Positions 18,294 to 28,865 are shown, numbered from the stretch's first letter. The stretch is 64,000 nucleotides of DNA from Candidatus Atabeyarchaeum deiterrae (GCA_037310415.1 CP147780.1:896001-960000), one strand, 5' to 3'. Translations and numbers: made by a program. The notes: a model not told the origin generated them from the sequence alone.

Positions 18294-20564
18294 ATGTTCA
18301 GATCATCAGAGATGTACATTGCAAAAATAATCTGCCACAAGGATGCTGAGAGGGGACTCGTTAGATCCCTTCATGAGAGTGGTCTGGTTCAACTCATTGA
18401 TGTGGAGAAGAGAGAGGGCTTCGCTTCTCGTACGTTGGAGCATGAGAAAGAGATTTCATCACTTATTGCACGGATCGCTAGAATAAACGACTTCCTGAAA
18501 ACTGAAAAGACAGTGGCACCTACTCTCAAGAAATCTACCAGCGTCTCTGACGAGACTGTCGATGGAGTTAGAAGATACGCGGAGGAAACTTGCCAGAAGG
18601 TTGAACAGAAGATTGAAGAGCTTCGCGTGTCGCTTTCGAGGGTTCAGCAAGAGAAGGAGGAACAGACAGGTCTGCTGAAGGTCGCGCAGGCGCTGGAGCC
18701 TCTAGGTATCGATCTCTCTCACTTGGGAGGTGGACGAGATCTTTATGCCGTAGCGGGGATCGTCAAGTCCCTGAGAGTAAGGAGACTCGAATGGAACATA
18801 AAAGAGGCAACAGATGACGCTTACATATTCAACGAGGTTTCTATTGGAAAATCAGAAAGTGTCGTTATTGTGGGAGTCCTCAATGAGAAGAGAGACATCT
18901 TGGACAGGATTCTCACATCCTTCAGTTTTCAGGAGTTTCGCCTTCCTCAGACTGCCAAAGGAACTGCCAAGCAAGTTATCTCAGCTTCCCAAAAGAGACT
19001 CGCTGAGCTTGATGGAGAGAGCACAGACATCGAAGAACAAGGCGCCAAGCTTGGCAAGAAGTCTGGCAAGGAGCTACTCGTTGCTCAGGAGCTACTGCTC
19101 ATTGAAAGAGACAGGATGGAAGCGGAACGCCTATTCCGAGAGACACCTAGCACGATCGAGATTTGGAGTTGGGTACCGAAGAAGTCCAGAGAGAAGCTGA
19201 AAATGATAGTGGAGAGTTCAACAGCCAACGCCGCCATAATCAGTTTCAATAAACCGGATTTCGCTCCTGAAGAATACCCTTCAAAAATGCAGGACCCAAC
19301 GATCGCCAGCTCCTACGCGTTTCTTGTAAAGGCTTATGGAACCCCATCGTACAATGAAATAGATCCTACTAGTTTCTTTCTAATCACATTTCCAATTATC
19401 TTTGGTATCATGTTTGCGGACATGGGTCACGGCTTCATCATTCTGATGGTAGGTATTATAGGCTACACCCTGAAAAAGATCAAGTACCGAGCTGGCGAGT
19501 ATGTCAACTACATGCTACGAGCCAGCTATCTTCTCATACCATGTGGGTTAGCAGCGATGATAGGCGGATTACTTCTTGGCTCAGCCTGGGGCTCTCACTT
19601 TCCCGCGTGGTGGTTCAGCCCTGAAAACAAAGCTGGGCAAGTCTATTTGATTGAGCTCGCCGTATGGATTGGCGTTTTTCAGATCTCATTTGGCTTGGTT
19701 CTAAACCTTATAAATAGATTGATAGAGCGCAAACGGACTGAAGCATTCTTCGTTCCAGGTTTGCTATTAGTTACTTATTGGTCTGCCGCACTCCTAATTT
19801 TCGGCGTGGGTACCCACGTTCAGGACGGGGTCAACTTCATAAATTGGTTCAGTCCTACCCCTCTCACGCTCAAGGTGTTATGGTATAGAGTGCCTTTGCC
19901 ACCCTTTTTTAACGCCCTGGGAGTTTTCGTTGTTGGTCTGATTGTCCCAGTAGTGATCTTCATGATCTTTGAAATGAAACATCACGGAACGGAGGGATTT
20001 GGAGAAGCTCTCGATTACGTCATCTCACTTCTCAGCAACTCAGTTTCTTTCGCCCGAATATTCGCATTGAACCTTGTTCATGCTGTCATCAGCCTACTTT
20101 GTCTCCAACTAGGGATGGTGTTAGCAACGGGTGAAGACCCAGGCTCCCAGATGAGCACATATATCGGATTTGGGATCTTCCTAGCATTCTTCATCGCTCT
20201 TCTCACGCGGTTCCGCATAGGCTTCAAGAAAGGACTCCTGCTCGGACTGATAATAGGACTGCCAACCGCGTATGCCTTAGTGACAACACAGCTGCTCCCC
20301 ACTGTGCTCCCTGCTCCGGTTTTCTTCCCAACTATTACTAACCCCGGTGATATGCGGCTGCCGAGTGAGACCTTGCCCCTGAGCTTCATCGGAGTCCTTA
20401 TCGCAATAGTCGCTGTAATCCCGTTTGAAGGTTTGCTAGCGTTCCTCCACACCTTGCGACTACACTGGGTCGAGTTCTTCAGCAAGTTCTACATGGGTTC
20501 AGGCGTGGAATTCAAGCCATTCAAGACTGAACGTCGCTTCACTCAAGCATCCATCAAGAAGTAG
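18294..20564 (+). CDS. atpI: A/V-type ATP synthase subunit I
   Basis: YGTPSYNEIDPT, FGIMFADMGHG, SFARIFAL, HTLRLHWVEFFSKFY. Confidence 0.95.
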   Translation: MFRSSEMYIAKIICHKDAERGLVRSLHESGLVQLIDVEKREGFASRTLEHEKEISSLIARIARINDFLKTEKTVAPTLKKSTSVSDETVDGVRRYAEETCQKVEQKIEELRVSLSRVQQEKEEQTGLLKVAQALEPLGIDLSHLGGGRDLYAVAGIVKSLRVRRLEWNIKEATDDAYIFNEVSIGKSESVVIVGVLNEKRDILDRILTSFSFQEFRLPQTAKGTAKQVISASQKRLAELDGESTDIEEQGAKLGKKSGKELLVAQELLLIERDRMEAERLFRETPSTIEIWSWVPKKSREKLKMIVESSTANAAIISFNKPDFAPEEYPSKMQDPTIASSYAFLVKAYGTPSYNEIDPTSFFLITFPIIFGIMFADMGHGFIILMVGIIGYTLKKIKYRAGEYVNYMLRASYLLIPCGLAAMIGGLLLGSAWGSHFPAWWFSPENKAGQVYLIELAVWIGVFQISFGLVLNLINRLIERKRTEAFFVPGLLLVTYWSAALLIFGVGTHVQDGVNFINWFSPTPLTLKVLWYRVPLPPFFNALGVFVVGLIVPVVIFMIFEMKHHGTEGFGEALDYVISLLSNSVSFARIFALNLVHAVISLLCLQLGMVLATGEDPGSQMSTYIGFGIFLAFFIALLTRFRIGFKKGLLLGLIIGLPTAYALVTTQLLPTVLPAPVFFPTITNPGDMRLPSETLPLSFIGVLIAIVAVIPFEGLLAFLHTLRLHWVEFFSKFYMGSGVEFKPFKTERRFTQASIKK

Positions 20565-20581
20565 TTTGCTGAAGTTCAGCC

Positions 20582-21367
20582 TTACTCTTTTATCAAAGCC
20601 TTTCGTGCGAACGTCATGTAACCTGTATGCCCCACCATAAAAGTCTCTGGACGCGTCTTTCCTTCTCTAACGAGTATCTTCCTCACTAGAGATTCGAATG
20701 TTTGAACATCTCGGAACAAGTTGTCTTCCAGCGCCTTAACTGTCTTCTGAGTCTGCTCTATTGTGGGAGAGTAAGACAAGAGAGATCCGCCTCCCTTCAA
20801 TGCCTCTCTGGCAGATTGAATAAACAACCAAGGAGTGGCCAAATCCAGAATCACAGCATCTACATCCTTTTCGTCAATCCCGTTGCCTATATCCCTATTC
20901 TTGATCTCGACCCATTCCGATACACCAGTACGCTCTATATTCTTCTTGGCTAGATTGATGAAATCCTCTCTGACTTCATAAGTGTAGACGCGACCCGTTG
21001 GTTTGACATAGCTCGCTAGCATGGTTGTCAATGAGCCGCTTCCTGTGCCAGCTTCAACGACAATACTACCAGGAACTATTCCGCAGTTTATTACTATTAG
21101 TGCTGAGTCCTTAGGATAGACTATTTGAGTCTGCCTAATGATCTTAAGCAACGCCATGTCTGCCATTGTAGGTTTGAAAACAGTAAACTCCGTCTTCGCG
21201 CTCTCCACAATAGTGCCGAACTCTCGTCCGATCAAGTTGTCGAACTTGACTATTCCCTTATGCGTGTGGAGGTCGCCACCTGCTTCCGCTTTCACTATCC
21301 ATCTTCTCTTGTCATCCAAGACAACCAGTAAGTAGTTGCCATCACGAATAATATTGTCTTCTCTCAT
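20582..21367 (-). CDS. trmI: tRNA (adenine57/58-N1)-methyltransferase
   Basis: QTQIVYPKD, EAGTGSGSL, DLATPW, HTGY. Confidence 0.93.
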   Translation of the reverse strand: MREDNIIRDGNYLLVVLDDKRRWIVKAEAGGDLHTHKGIVKFDNLIGREFGTIVESAKTEFTVFKPTMADMALLKIIRQTQIVYPKDSALIVINCGIVPGSIVVEAGTGSGSLTTMLASYVKPTGRVYTYEVREDFINLAKKNIERTGVSEWVEIKNRDIGNGIDEKDVDAVILDLATPWLFIQSAREALKGGGSLLSYSPTIEQTQKTVKALEDNLFRDVQTFESLVRKILVREGKTRPETFMVGHTGYMTFARKALIKE

Positions 21368-21510
21368 AGTGCATCATTCAACAAGAGCTGAATCTGATGG
21401 CTTCAAGAACATATCTACCGCATGGATGAAGCTTCTAACCCTAAAGAATGTTGCCATAGGAGAAGAATATGGAACAATCAGCCGTTTTGAAGATTCTTGT
21501 GAATGTCATG

Positions 21511-22011
21511 CTATTTAGGCTCGCCAATTACTAACATGTCGACCATCTCGCTTTCCCATTCTGCATCACTGAAGACCCAGACTTTCTTCCCGAGCCCAAG
21601 GTTGGCTTTCTTAATAATCTCTTTGGCTTGAGATGCCCCACTGACGTCGGGAAACACTATGACAATGCCTTTCATGGAGAGATTGTCCTTGATTGCCTCT
21701 AGCCATTCACTGACCTTCTTGGTCATTGCGTCTTCATTTACAGGCTCAAACCAGTACTGTAACATGTAAATGTCTCTGTGTTCCATAGACTCAAGGAAAG
21801 CTTCACAGCAAAAACCGTTGGTAAATACTCTTCCTTCGCAGTCCCAGGCCCTGAATGTTATGGGATCCAGCCTGCAGCGTGAACTGAGGTCTTGGCTGTA
21901 GTACCTGCAATCACCTTTCTCGGAAGAGTAGTCTTTGATCAAAGCCCAGATTCTATCTTCTTTAACCCTTGCATCGGGCTTTTCCCTCTCCTTGTCATTG
22001 GGCTTTGACAT
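21511..22011 (-). CDS. Hypothetical protein with Cys-rich N-terminal half
   Basis: 166-aa ORF with SD-like GAGG; no family recognised. Confidence 0.6.
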   Translation of the reverse strand: MSKPNDKEREKPDARVKEDRIWALIKDYSSEKGDCRYYSQDLSSRCRLDPITFRAWDCEGRVFTNGFCCEAFLESMEHRDIYMLQYWFEPVNEDAMTKKVSEWLEAIKDNLSMKGIVIVFPDVSGASQAKEIIKKANLGLGKKVWVFSDAEWESEMVDMLVIGEPK

Positions 22012-22185
22012 TGACCTCGGATCTCCGCAACTTTCGATGATCCATATCCCCCACCATCTCTAGGTGCTCAATAACCGAGTGCTCCGACTTGTTCGTCGTT
22101 ATAAGATCACTTGCATCCATTAACTTATATCTATTCATTTAATATCTTTGCTCATGGCTTTCGAATCTGCAAATGAATATATCGC

Positions 22186-23381
22186 CTATATCCTTCCTTG
22201 ATGGTTTCTTGGGTTGTTGAGTGATACTGCATTTCCCTGCAAGCATTTCCCTCGTATTCCTATTCTGTAGTGGCAATCGGGGCAGGTATTGTCTATCTGA
22301 TCAATTGCACAATATGCTATGCTCAGTCCACTGCGCTCTATCAAGAGATTGTTGCATATTGGGCAATAAGTATTCTCTCCTGGGTGCCCAGGCACATTTC
22401 CGAGGTAAACGTATCTCAAGCCTTCTTCTAGACCGATCTCCCTTGCTCTTTCCAGAGAGCTGATCGGAGTCTGCTGGGATAGACCAAGTGCCAATGCCTT
22501 GTGTGCAGCATAATATCTTGTGCAGTGCCATGGCACTTCAGCGCCCAGTTCATTTCTCATCCTAGACGCAATCAATCTAAGTATGGTTTCCTTGTCGTTG
22601 ACAGTGGGAATAACCAAAGTGACTACTTCGATGTGTTTCCCATACTTCTTCAATTCTCTCAGATTTCGCCAGACTATTTCGGCATCTACTCCGCAATACT
22701 TCCTTACGGCAATTGCGTCACCTTTTACATTCACACAGAAAGCATCACAGCCACTATTAACTATGAGTCTGAGCGCTTCTAATGTTGAATAGAGATTCGT
22801 TACATAGGTATTGTAAAGTCCCTTCTCCTTAGCTCTTCTCATCACGTCGAGGGAGTACTCGAAAAGAGATGTAGACGGTTCATTGAAAGAGAAGGATGTT
22901 CCATTGGAATGGGATCTCTTTGCTAGACTTACAAGTGTCTCTGGGTCTATGTAATTCGCATTGGAAGGGCTCGGGGGAGATTTGCTGACATCGAAATTCT
23001 GACACCTTGCCCGTCAAGATGCAACTTTCCGAAGGATGCACTTTGTCGCATCCTTGACTATGGGCATGTGAGATTACACCCGTAGCTCCCCACGGTCAAC
23101 GCCAAGCTTCCTGGCCAGAAATGAAAGAGCGGCTTCTTCTCAATTGGGTTCACGCTCATAGTTGAAATATCGCCGTATGTAACTGAATATAGTGTACCTT
23201 CGACGTTCATCTTAGTTCTACAGAAGCCTGCTTTTCCCTTGTCTATCGTACACCTTCGCTCACAGACGCCACATCTGACCCTTCCCCTTGACAAGCGCTC
23301 GTATAGCGGTGATTCTCTTACCCATTCTCTCTCAGTGAGACCTCTGTCCAAGCCCAAGAGTCTATTGCTCCTAATCTTCAC
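22186..23381 (-). CDS. AmmeMemoRadiSam-type radical SAM enzyme, spliced (exons 23381-23060 and 23006-22186; 380 aa)
   Basis: CGVCERRC, PIEKKPLFHF.PG, GCNLTCP|WCQN after intron removal, FNEP, YVYLGNVPG, TYCPIC. Confidence 0.9.
23007..23059 (-). other. 53-nt archaeal BHB intron in mRNA
   Basis: Canonical hBHBh': GCCC/GGGC central helix, AU|A and AA|G bulges, 13-bp intron stem. Confidence 0.88.
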
Positions 23382-23854
23382 TTCCTGATTATTCTTAGAT
23401 CCTGAAGGATCAGTTCCGCAACCTTGTCGACAGTCTCTCTGATCTCTCTGCTGAGCTCAGCCGAGTACATTTTCAGTTCCGTTATTTCGATCCCGTATAT
23501 GATGATCTTCTTTGGCATTTCGTCGGGGTAGACCGACTTTCCAATTTTTATCATTTCGGGCAAGCCGACATCGTGGGCGGAAGTTGGGTGAAGTGATGTC
23601 TTGACTTTAGTATCGATGTCGTTACCAGTTAATCGGTGAATTCTCCCAGGTGTATCACCTGCCAAAGAGTCTATGAATATGGCCCAGTCGAAGCCCTTAA
23701 CATTGTCAAGAAGAGCTAAGCCGCCGACTCCCCCTTCAACAAGCTCAACCCCTTTGGGCAAACGCGCAGAGCGCAACTTGTTTAAAACGTGTACCCCCAC
23801 ACCCTCGTCTCCAAGCAAAGTATTCCCTATGCCTACTATCACTACCTGTTTCAT
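23378..23854 (-). CDS. Hydrogenase maturation protease
   Basis: GIGNTLLGDEGVG, IDS, SAH. Confidence 0.93.
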   Translation of the reverse strand: MKQVVIVGIGNTLLGDEGVGVHVLNKLRSARLPKGVELVEGGVGGLALLDNVKGFDWAIFIDSLAGDTPGRIHRLTGNDIDTKVKTSLHPTSAHDVGLPEMIKIGKSVYPDEMPKKIIIYGIEITELKMYSAELSREIRETVDKVAELILQDLRIIRK

Positions 23855-23965
23855 TTCTATCCCTCGCTTTCTTGGAGTCATATTAAGGAAAGAAACCGAA
23901 TCAAAGATTGCACTCTCCTTGTTAGATTTGGTCTACTGCATCACGGATCGTCTGCTTTAAGGTCA

Positions 23966-24985
23966 CTATTTCGGTCTGACCTTGAGATAACTTATGAAAT
24001 ACATTAGCAGGAATAACCCAGCGGCGCTAAACACTGCTATAGATGCTGCATCTGGAGTAGGATTAGCCAAGGTGAATACGTAGAGTGCTAGGAATGCCAT
24101 CAGGAAAATGAGTCCCCAAACTGAGCTCCTACCCCGTGTTCTCTTGAGCCCTTTGAAGGTTGATACCAAGAATATGACTCCCACAATCCCTAAGCAAACA
24201 ATGTTGATTAAGTTGAGAGTAGAGGAAGATCCTGGAAGTGGGAGTGAAGGAGTTAAGAAGTATTGGAGACCAATGACGACGAAAATCGCGAAGACTATGG
24301 CTTCGAACAACCATATCAGTTTCGCGGGTGGTTTCGAGATGCGCAGGCCGTATGCTTGAAATTCAAACTCGGCTGCTCCAGCGTAGATGAACCATAGTAG
24401 GGAACCGACTGCCAAAGCGTCTCCAATGCAAAGGGTAAAAGCATAAATATTCTGAATAATGCTGGACCAGAAAGACGTGATCACATAGTACAGTCCAATA
24501 TACCTTGATAGGAAATAGATCAAGATGATGGTTGGGGTACCACCGAAGATGATAAGAAGGAGGAATATGAGAAACGCCCTGGCACGTCGGCTTTTCTTTC
24601 TTATGGATTCAGCCCCATAGTAGATTCTGCCTACAAGTATAATTCCGCCTATGACCGCCAAGACTGGGGAGAGGAATGGAAGTCCAAAGACTAGCAACAC
24701 TATTAGAGTATTGAAACCATAGAATATCCTCCATCTCACTGGTATGATGTATGACGTCTCCGTCATGTGTTTGATTGAAGCACTCAACCTGTCTCTGCCA
24801 AGGTATATGAAAAGAATCCATGGGATTGAGAAGAATAATGGCGCAGCAAAGTATTGGGTTAGCGCAAAGAGGACAGGATTGGCAATCTGAAACTTAACAT
24901 CTGGAGGAACAATAAAAAGGAGAACCCACAAGTACAAGGGGATCGTTGTGATCCCGACTGCAACTCCAAGTCTTGAATAATCCAT
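23966..24985 (-). CDS. Multi-pass membrane protein
   Basis: About 9-10 hydrophobic segments; no family recognised. Confidence 0.7.
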   Translation of the reverse strand: MDYSRLGVAVGITTIPLYLWVLLFIVPPDVKFQIANPVLFALTQYFAAPLFFSIPWILFIYLGRDRLSASIKHMTETSYIIPVRWRIFYGFNTLIVLLVFGLPFLSPVLAVIGGIILVGRIYYGAESIRKKSRRARAFLIFLLLIIFGGTPTIILIYFLSRYIGLYYVITSFWSSIIQNIYAFTLCIGDALAVGSLLWFIYAGAAEFEFQAYGLRISKPPAKLIWLFEAIVFAIFVVIGLQYFLTPSLPLPGSSSTLNLINIVCLGIVGVIFLVSTFKGLKRTRGRSSVWGLIFLMAFLALYVFTLANPTPDAASIAVFSAAGLFLLMYFISYLKVRPK

Positions 24986-25178
24986 ATTGCCACTTGCCTC
25001 CAACCCCAACAATAATGGAACGGCTATCTACTGAGTGGAATATATAATCAGTTGTCATGCACAACTGTTTTATATTGCCTATGTTCCCCTTAACTCTTCT
25101 CATTATGGATTGGCCGCATTGCTTAATTGAAAGACGAACATAAGAATAAGAAATGAATGTTTGAGGGGTGCTTGTAGC

Positions 25179-25508
25179 ATGTCTCAGAATATTACTCTTA
25201 GCGATTTTCAGAAGTTTGAGATAAAGGTCTGCAGGATCAAAGTTGCGGAAAAACTTGCTTCTTCAAAGAAGCTAATCAAATTGAAGGTTGATCTGGGCAA
25301 CGAGATTCGAGAAGTGGTTGCCGGAGTAGCGGAATACTACAGCTCGGAGGATCTAGAAGACAAAAACGTGATCGTACTGGCTAACTTGGAACCTAGGAAA
25401 CTCATGGGTGTTCAAAGTCAAGGGATGTTACTTGCTGCAGATGTCGATGGAAGACCATACTTGATCTTTGCAGATCCATCGATCCCTCCAGGCACCAAAG
25501 TCAGGTGA
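25179..25508 (+). CDS. tRNA-binding OB protein (Trbp111/CsaA/MetRS C-terminal type)
   Basis: KLIKLKVDLG, ANLEPRKLMGVQSQGMLLAA. Confidence 0.9.
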   Translation: MSQNITLSDFQKFEIKVCRIKVAEKLASSKKLIKLKVDLGNEIREVVAGVAEYYSSEDLEDKNVIVLANLEPRKLMGVQSQGMLLAADVDGRPYLIFADPSIPPGTKVR

Positions 25509-25512
25509 ATTC

Positions 25513-26328
25513 TCACCCAACGTTCAATATGATATTCCTGCAAAGACTGCGATTAGCTGCGGCGATAAATGATAATTTTGAGGTGGGGAGCAACTCTACG
25601 TTAACCTCAGCACCATTTCTGCCGACCATTACGCCGCCAGCTTCCTCTAAGACCAGATAAGCGGCAGCAATGTCAGTGACTCTAGCTATCCCTCTCAAGT
25701 CAATGAATGCATCATATTTCCCAGATGCGACAAAGCAGATCTCCAATGCGTTCGTCCCAAGGTATCTCTTCCTTTTTGCAACATTGAGAACCCGCAAGAT
25801 TCTTTTCATATAGACGCGCAAGTCCACGATGTTCAAATCTGCACTGATCATGCTCTCAGAAAGTCTCTCAACCTTGGATGGCGAAATACTAATACCGTTA
25901 CATTTGGCCCCTTTCCTGAATTCACCTTCGTAATATTCTCCTCTTGCCAGATCGACCACGAGAGCCTCATGAACATCGCTTAAACATTTGCCAGTGGCAG
26001 CAGCTATTGAGAAAGAATATGCTGGGATTCCGCGAATTGCATTAGCGCTGCCATCAATCGGATCAAGGATTATGGTGGTTTCACTCTTGCATTTGCCAAA
26101 GAAGCTTCTGCCTGATTCTTCACTGACTAAACTGAAATCCATGCCGCTGTCCTCGAGAGCTTTGACGGCGGCTTCCTCAGCCAGGTCATCTACTTTGCTA
26201 GTTACATCACCTTCCGTCTTGACTGTCACGACTTCGCCGGCGTCAGCAGTTCCAATGAGTGGCTTAACAACCCTCCTAACGTTTTCAGCTGCGCGTCTGA
26301 AAACAGGCATCCAACTCTCTAGAGTCAT
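25513..26328 (-). CDS. Inositol monophosphatase / FBPase family
   Basis: SEE, LDPIDGS.N, DIAAA. Confidence 0.9.
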   Translation of the reverse strand: MTLESWMPVFRRAAENVRRVVKPLIGTADAGEVVTVKTEGDVTSKVDDLAEEAAVKALEDSGMDFSLVSEESGRSFFGKCKSETTIILDPIDGSANAIRGIPAYSFSIAAATGKCLSDVHEALVVDLARGEYYEGEFRKGAKCNGISISPSKVERLSESMISADLNIVDLRVYMKRILRVLNVAKRKRYLGTNALEICFVASGKYDAFIDLRGIARVTDIAAAYLVLEEAGGVMVGRNGAEVNVELLPTSKLSFIAAANRSLCRNIILNVG

Positions 26329-26479
26329 AAGAGAACCACCACGACATCCTCCATCGCATCGACATGAATAAATCGAGGGCATGACACAATTTATGAGTCA
26401 TAGGGCCATAATCACTAGAACTCATTGGCTACATTTATCTATATGCAGGGGCTACTGAAGGGGAGAGAGCGGATGCCAC

Positions 26480-27292
26480 ATGCACAACAGCTCAAAAAGT
26501 TTCAGGCAGGTACTCGATGAGAGTTCAGCCTCCCGGGCGACAAGAATAGTACTGGCTCTCGATGTCTCTGAAAGGCTGCCTCAAGGGCGCCTCGACGAGG
26601 TCCGCAACCATTTGCTTGAGAAGGCTCTCTATATTCTCGAAGCAACCAACGAATATGTGGCTGCTCTGAAGATCAATCACCAACTTCTGCTGCCATTGGG
26701 TCTCTATGACCTCATGCAAACCATCATCAAGAAGGCAAAGTCCTACTCTCTTCCTCTGATAATGGACTGCAAAGCAAATGACGTTGAACACACAAACAGA
26801 TGGATAGCCACACACTACTTCGACGCTGGATTCGACGCTATAATCGCAAACCCCTTTGTAGGCTGGGAAGGTGGAATAGAGCCAATAATGACTCTGTCAA
26901 GGGAACAAGGAAAAGGGGTCATATTGTTAACCTACATGTCCCACAGAGGGTCGATCGAAGGCTACGGCCAACAAGTACTATCAGAAGAGTCTGCGAAACC
27001 AAGACCACAATACATGGTTTTTGCTGAGAAAGCGGCGAGATGGAAAGCTGACGGGATAGTAGTTGGAGCAACCTACCCAGAGAAGATCAGAGAGATCTAT
27101 AGGGCAATAAGAGATCAGGTTCCGATTTACTCGCCGGGCATCGGAGCCCAAGGAGGCGAAATAAGAGAGGCATTTGATGCAGGCTGCAAATACGCCATAA
27201 TAGGGCGTTCTATATATGAATCCGAAGATCCGTCCAGAGCCGCGAACGAAATGCGACAGAAGATAAATGGCGTGCTGAAGGGAGCATTGTAA
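26480..27292 (+). CDS. pyrF: Orotidine-5'-phosphate decarboxylase
   Basis: LALD, DCKANDV, VVGAT, PGIGAQGG, IIGRSI. Confidence 0.93.
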   Translation: MHNSSKSFRQVLDESSASRATRIVLALDVSERLPQGRLDEVRNHLLEKALYILEATNEYVAALKINHQLLLPLGLYDLMQTIIKKAKSYSLPLIMDCKANDVEHTNRWIATHYFDAGFDAIIANPFVGWEGGIEPIMTLSREQGKGVILLTYMSHRGSIEGYGQQVLSEESAKPRPQYMVFAEKAARWKADGIVVGATYPEKIREIYRAIRDQVPIYSPGIGAQGGEIREAFDAGCKYAIIGRSIYESEDPSRAANEMRQKINGVLKGAL

Positions 27293-27444
27293 CGAACTTC
27301 AGGTACTGTCGGACAATTCTGGTGCTTTGAACGACCTTTCAAGAGACTGGCGGGTCAAGAAAGTGCAGATGCTTCAAATCAATAGCTGAGAAATATACTT
27401 CTCAAAGTCCCAGATGAAGCCAGTCGAACCAAGGTTCTGTCTAC

Positions 27445-27606
27445 TCAAGTTCCTTTGGGGCGACCCGTACCCCAGAGTTCCTTTTTCAACATGTCTCTTA
27501 TCGCAATTCTTATTACTTCACTGCGATTCGGGTAGATTCCTGACTCGATGAGTTCATCGATACCGCTGAGGAAAGCCTCTGGGAGCTTCACGGTAACTAG
27601 TTTCAA
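27445..27606 (-). CDS. Ribbon-helix-helix regulator (CopG/CdrS-like), 53 aa, not in the ORF track
   Basis: [43 protein letters not shown]. Confidence 0.85.
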   Translation of the reverse strand: MKLVTVKLPEAFLSGIDELIESGIYPNRSEVIRIAIRDMLKKELWGTGRPKGT

Positions 27607-27809
27607 GAGGTACCGCCCTCATACATAGTAATCTGTGGTATCATGTGGGTAACACTAATAGACTGTGTTCGTAGCTGATAATAAGATTTTCCTAAGAGAA
27701 TTCCTGAGTGGGGTTTCTCGGAAAGGTTTTGACCCAATGTTAAAATAGTATGAAACCAATATCTTGATTCACCGACCTTGGTGGCACGAAACGAGAAGGG
27801 GTTAACCAT

Positions 27810-28613
27810 ATGACTGCTGATTCTTCTAAAGAAATGGGTTACTTTAAGACAGGAATAAAAGCTTTAGATTTCTCTCTTCCTGAGGGGGTTCCGCGGAACA
27901 GCTTTACATTGATATCTGGTGAGGGAGGTACCGGGAAGTCTGTACTTCTTACTCAGTTAATCTATGAACGTCTTAAGGCGGGAGAGCCGTGTATTCTGGT
28001 TTGCCTTGATGATTCACCTGTTGGGGTTATGCAGCAATTAACGAGTTTCGGTTGGTTTCCTGAGCCGTACATAAAGAAGAATCTATTACATTTTATTGAC
28101 TGTTTTTCTTTCAGAATGAAGCCTGATGAATCGTCAATCCCTGATTATGTAACCTATGTCAAATCGCCAACAGAGCTAGATGATCTCACCTCAAGGATTG
28201 CTGAGGTGGTTGACAGATTCGGGCTGCATAATCGTGGAGCTATGTTCATTGATTCGATAACCGAGCTTTGGTTCCTTAACCTCAAAGAGCCATATCGAAC
28301 AGTTGAATATGTGAAAACTTGGAGGGCAGAGCTTTCGAAAGAACGTCTTCTACCAGTTTTCTGTTCACACCATTACGGGTTGAAAGTCTTCGAGATATAC
28401 GAGGAACTCCTCGAGTACATTGTTGACGGGATTATAGACCTACGCTACGAGCCAAACTTAATGAAGGTTGGTTTGTTAGTGAAGCAGTTCAGGGTGAGGA
28501 AACTGAAGGGTGTGCACCATGACTCCAATTGGGTGTCTTTCACAATTACTGGCGAAGGAATCGACTTGCTCAGAATAAAAGTCAAGCCGCCCGAGAAGGC
28601 AGAAGATGAATAG
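27810..28613 (+). CDS. RAD55/KaiC-like RecA-family ATPase
   Basis: GEGGTGKS, FIDSIT, VDGIIDL, VRKLKG. Confidence 0.88.
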   Translation: MTADSSKEMGYFKTGIKALDFSLPEGVPRNSFTLISGEGGTGKSVLLTQLIYERLKAGEPCILVCLDDSPVGVMQQLTSFGWFPEPYIKKNLLHFIDCFSFRMKPDESSIPDYVTYVKSPTELDDLTSRIAEVVDRFGLHNRGAMFIDSITELWFLNLKEPYRTVEYVKTWRAELSKERLLPVFCSHHYGLKVFEIYEELLEYIVDGIIDLRYEPNLMKVGLLVKQFRVRKLKGVHHDSNWVSFTITGEGIDLLRIKVKPPEKAEDE

Positions 28614-28865
28614 TAGGGATCTCGTTGGCTGAAGTATCTTCTGGTACGCTTAGCAGAGATACTAATAGAGTTCTAGGCGATTCAGATTCCGAGTATGAGA
28701 AATATGGAAACTGATTTATATTCAGGAGCGACCCTCGTCTTATCTGCAGTTCGGAAGCTACAAAGGCTCATATGTTGAAACTGCCAAGGATTCTATTCTC
28801 AAGAATCGAATCTAGTACACGTAGGAATCTGATGAATCAATAAATGTTTTCGAGGAGTGAGTAAT

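Noticed and set aside
22186-23381. Radical SAM and mtaP splits as ordinary frameshift pseudogenes
   Set aside because: The extra sequence is a discrete structured block, and its exact removal restores the consensus with no other lesions.
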